From the NCBI GenBank assembly GCA_032199065.1, contig JAVSCE010011590.1:236551-300550 (forward strand): a stretch of 64,000 nucleotides of DNA, given 5' to 3'. Positions 62,360 through 64,000 of this stretch are shown one piece after another. Under the pieces are notes generated by a model. That model saw only the letters and a program-made list of their open reading frames with translations, did not search any database and was not told where the DNA came from. The position numbers and the translations under genes are program-made. The stretch's first letter is position 1, and every line of letters begins with the position of its first letter. The DNA is from Smutsia gigantea (Eukaryota).

Positions 62360-64000
62360 AAAATGGCCATCCTGCCTAAAGCGATCTACAGATTCACTGC
62401 AATCCCTATCAAAATACCAACAGCATTTTTCCATGAACTGGAACAAACAGTTGTAATTCTTATGGAACCACAAAAGACCCCGAACAGTCAAAGCAATCCT
62501 GAGAAGGAAGAATAAAGCAGAGGGATCTCGCTTCCCAACTTCAAGATCTATTACAAAGCCACAGTAATCAAGATAATTTGGTACTGGAACAAGAACAGAT
62601 CCATAGACCAGTGGAAAAGAACAGAGAGTCCAGATATTAATGCAAGCATACATGGTCAATTTATATATGATAAAGGAGCCATGGATACACAATGGGGAAA
62701 TGACAGCCTCTTCAACAGCTGGTGTTGGCAAACTGGACAGCTACATGTAAGAGAATGAAACTGGATTACTATCTAACTCCATACACAAAAGTAAACTTGA
62801 AATGGATCAAACACCTGAATGTAAGTCATGAAACCATAAAACTCTTAGAAGAAAATATAGGAAAACTCTCTTGAATATGAACATGAGCAATGTCTTCATG
62901 AACTTATATATCTCCACAGGCAAGGGAAACTAAAGCAAAAATGAACAAGTGGGACTCTATCAAACTAAAAAGCTTCCGTACAGCAAAGGACACCAGCAGA
63001 ACAAAAAGGCATCCTGCAGTATGGGAGAATATATTCACAAATGATATATCTGATAAAGGGTTGAAATCGAAAATATATAAAGAGCTCATGTATCTCAACA
63101 AACAAAAAGCAAATAACTCAATTAAAAAATGGGCAGAGGATCTGAACAGACACTTCTCCAAAGAAGAAATTCAGATGGCCAACAGGCACCTGAAGAGATG
63201 CTCCACATCACTAATCATCAGAGAAATGCAAATTAAAACCACTATGAGATATTACCTCACACCAGTTAGGATGGCCACCATCCAAAAGACTAAGAACAAC
63301 AAATGCTGGTGAGGATGCGGAGAAAGGGGAACCCTCCTACACTGCTGGTGGGAATGTACGCTAGTTCAACCATTGTGGAAAGCAATATGGAGGTTCCTCA
63401 AAAAACTAGTAATAGAAATATTTGTTTGACCCAGGAATCTCACTCCTTGGAATTTACCCAAAGAATACAACTTCTCAGATTCAAAAAGACATATGCACCC
63501 CTATGTTTATTGTAGCACTATTTACAATAGCCAAGAAATGGAAGCAACCTAAGTGTCCATCAGTAGATGAATGGATAAAGAAGAGGTGGTACATATACAC
63601 AATGGAATACTATTCAGCCATAAGAAACAAACAAATCCTATCATTCGCAACATGGATGGAGCTGGAAAATATGCTCAGTGAAATAAGCCAGATGGAGAAA
63701 GACAAGTGCCAAATGATTTCCCTCATTTGTGGAGTATAACAACGCCGCAAAACAGAAGGAACAAAATAGCAGGAGACTCAGAGACTCCAAGAAGGAACTA
63801 GTGGTTACCAAAGGGGAGGGTGGGTGGGGAGGGTGGCAGAAGGGGATTGCGGGGTATTCTGTTTAGCATACACTGTGTGGCGGATCATGGGGAAAACAGT
63901 GTAGCACAGAAAAGGCAAACAGTGAATCTGTGGCATCTTACTACACTGAAGGACAGTGACTGCATTGGGGTATGTGTGAGGACTTGATAATATGGGTAAA

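Larger units (their letters stand above)
51756..64000 (+). mobile_element. Old LINE-1 (L1-C) comprising a 5'UTR (51756-52690), a degraded ORF1 (52625-53044 fragment), an ORF2 to 56091, then a resumption at 62375 that runs past the window end. It is interrupted by the younger L1-D and a small L1 piece.
   Basis: It starts ttaaagatggcagcatgagaggtgagacagagacctcctcctaaaagc. The ORF2 reading [15 protein letters not shown] is cut at 56091 and continues at 62375 (cctaaagcgatctacagattcactgcaatccctatcaaaatac). Confidence 0.85.

Overview
This is a mammalian (vertebrate) genomic window, not prokaryotic. It has introns with GT-AG boundaries, CpG islands, MIR relics and a very heavy LINE-1 load. No lineage-specific tRNA-derived SINEs such as Alu, B1, ERE, SINEC or Bov were recognisable anywhere in the 64 kb, so the species is probably not a primate or rodent; I cannot name it.

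Layout:
- 1-13 kb: mostly unique or ancient-repeat DNA. It holds a 90-bp minisatellite, a 5'-truncated L1 (minus strand) inserted into a MIR with target-site duplications (TSDs), an orphan CpG island (about 5.55-6.26 kb), a 170-bp-arm inverted repeat, a (GGAA)n tract and a candidate solo LTR.
- 13.1-25.1 kb: one composite L1 locus. An old full-length L1 (intact ORF1, decayed ORF2, 18-bp TSD) carries two nested insertions: a short L1 3'-end with about 170 bp of transduced flank, and a second near-full-length L1 that ends abnormally in an (AAAT)n tract.
- 30.4-35.7 kb, minus strand: a BTB-BACK-Kelch (KLHL-family) gene with at least four coding exons. It contains two tandem BTB-like coding segments.
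- 37.2-46.1 kb, plus strand, head-to-head with the KLHL gene across a shared CpG island: a paralog of the thiazide-sensitive Na-Cl cotransporter SLC12A3/NCC, with about 20 recognisable exons. It has an in-frame TGA in a well-aligned exon, at least one exon-internal frameshift and substitutions at otherwise near-invariant cation-chloride cotransporter (CCC) motifs. I read it as a decaying or divergent NCC-like duplicate and call it SLC12A3-like below; this is the most interesting item.
- 47.4-64 kb: an L1 3'-fragment, then an old L1 (51.76 kb onward) split by a younger full-length L1 (56.09-62.25 kb) that has a distinct CpG-rich 5'UTR, an intact 277-aa ORF1, a broken ORF2 and a 15-bp TSD. A second tiny L1 3'-end sits at the same target site, so the TSD sequence occurs three times.

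All coordinates were read by eye and should be treated as +/- a few bp.
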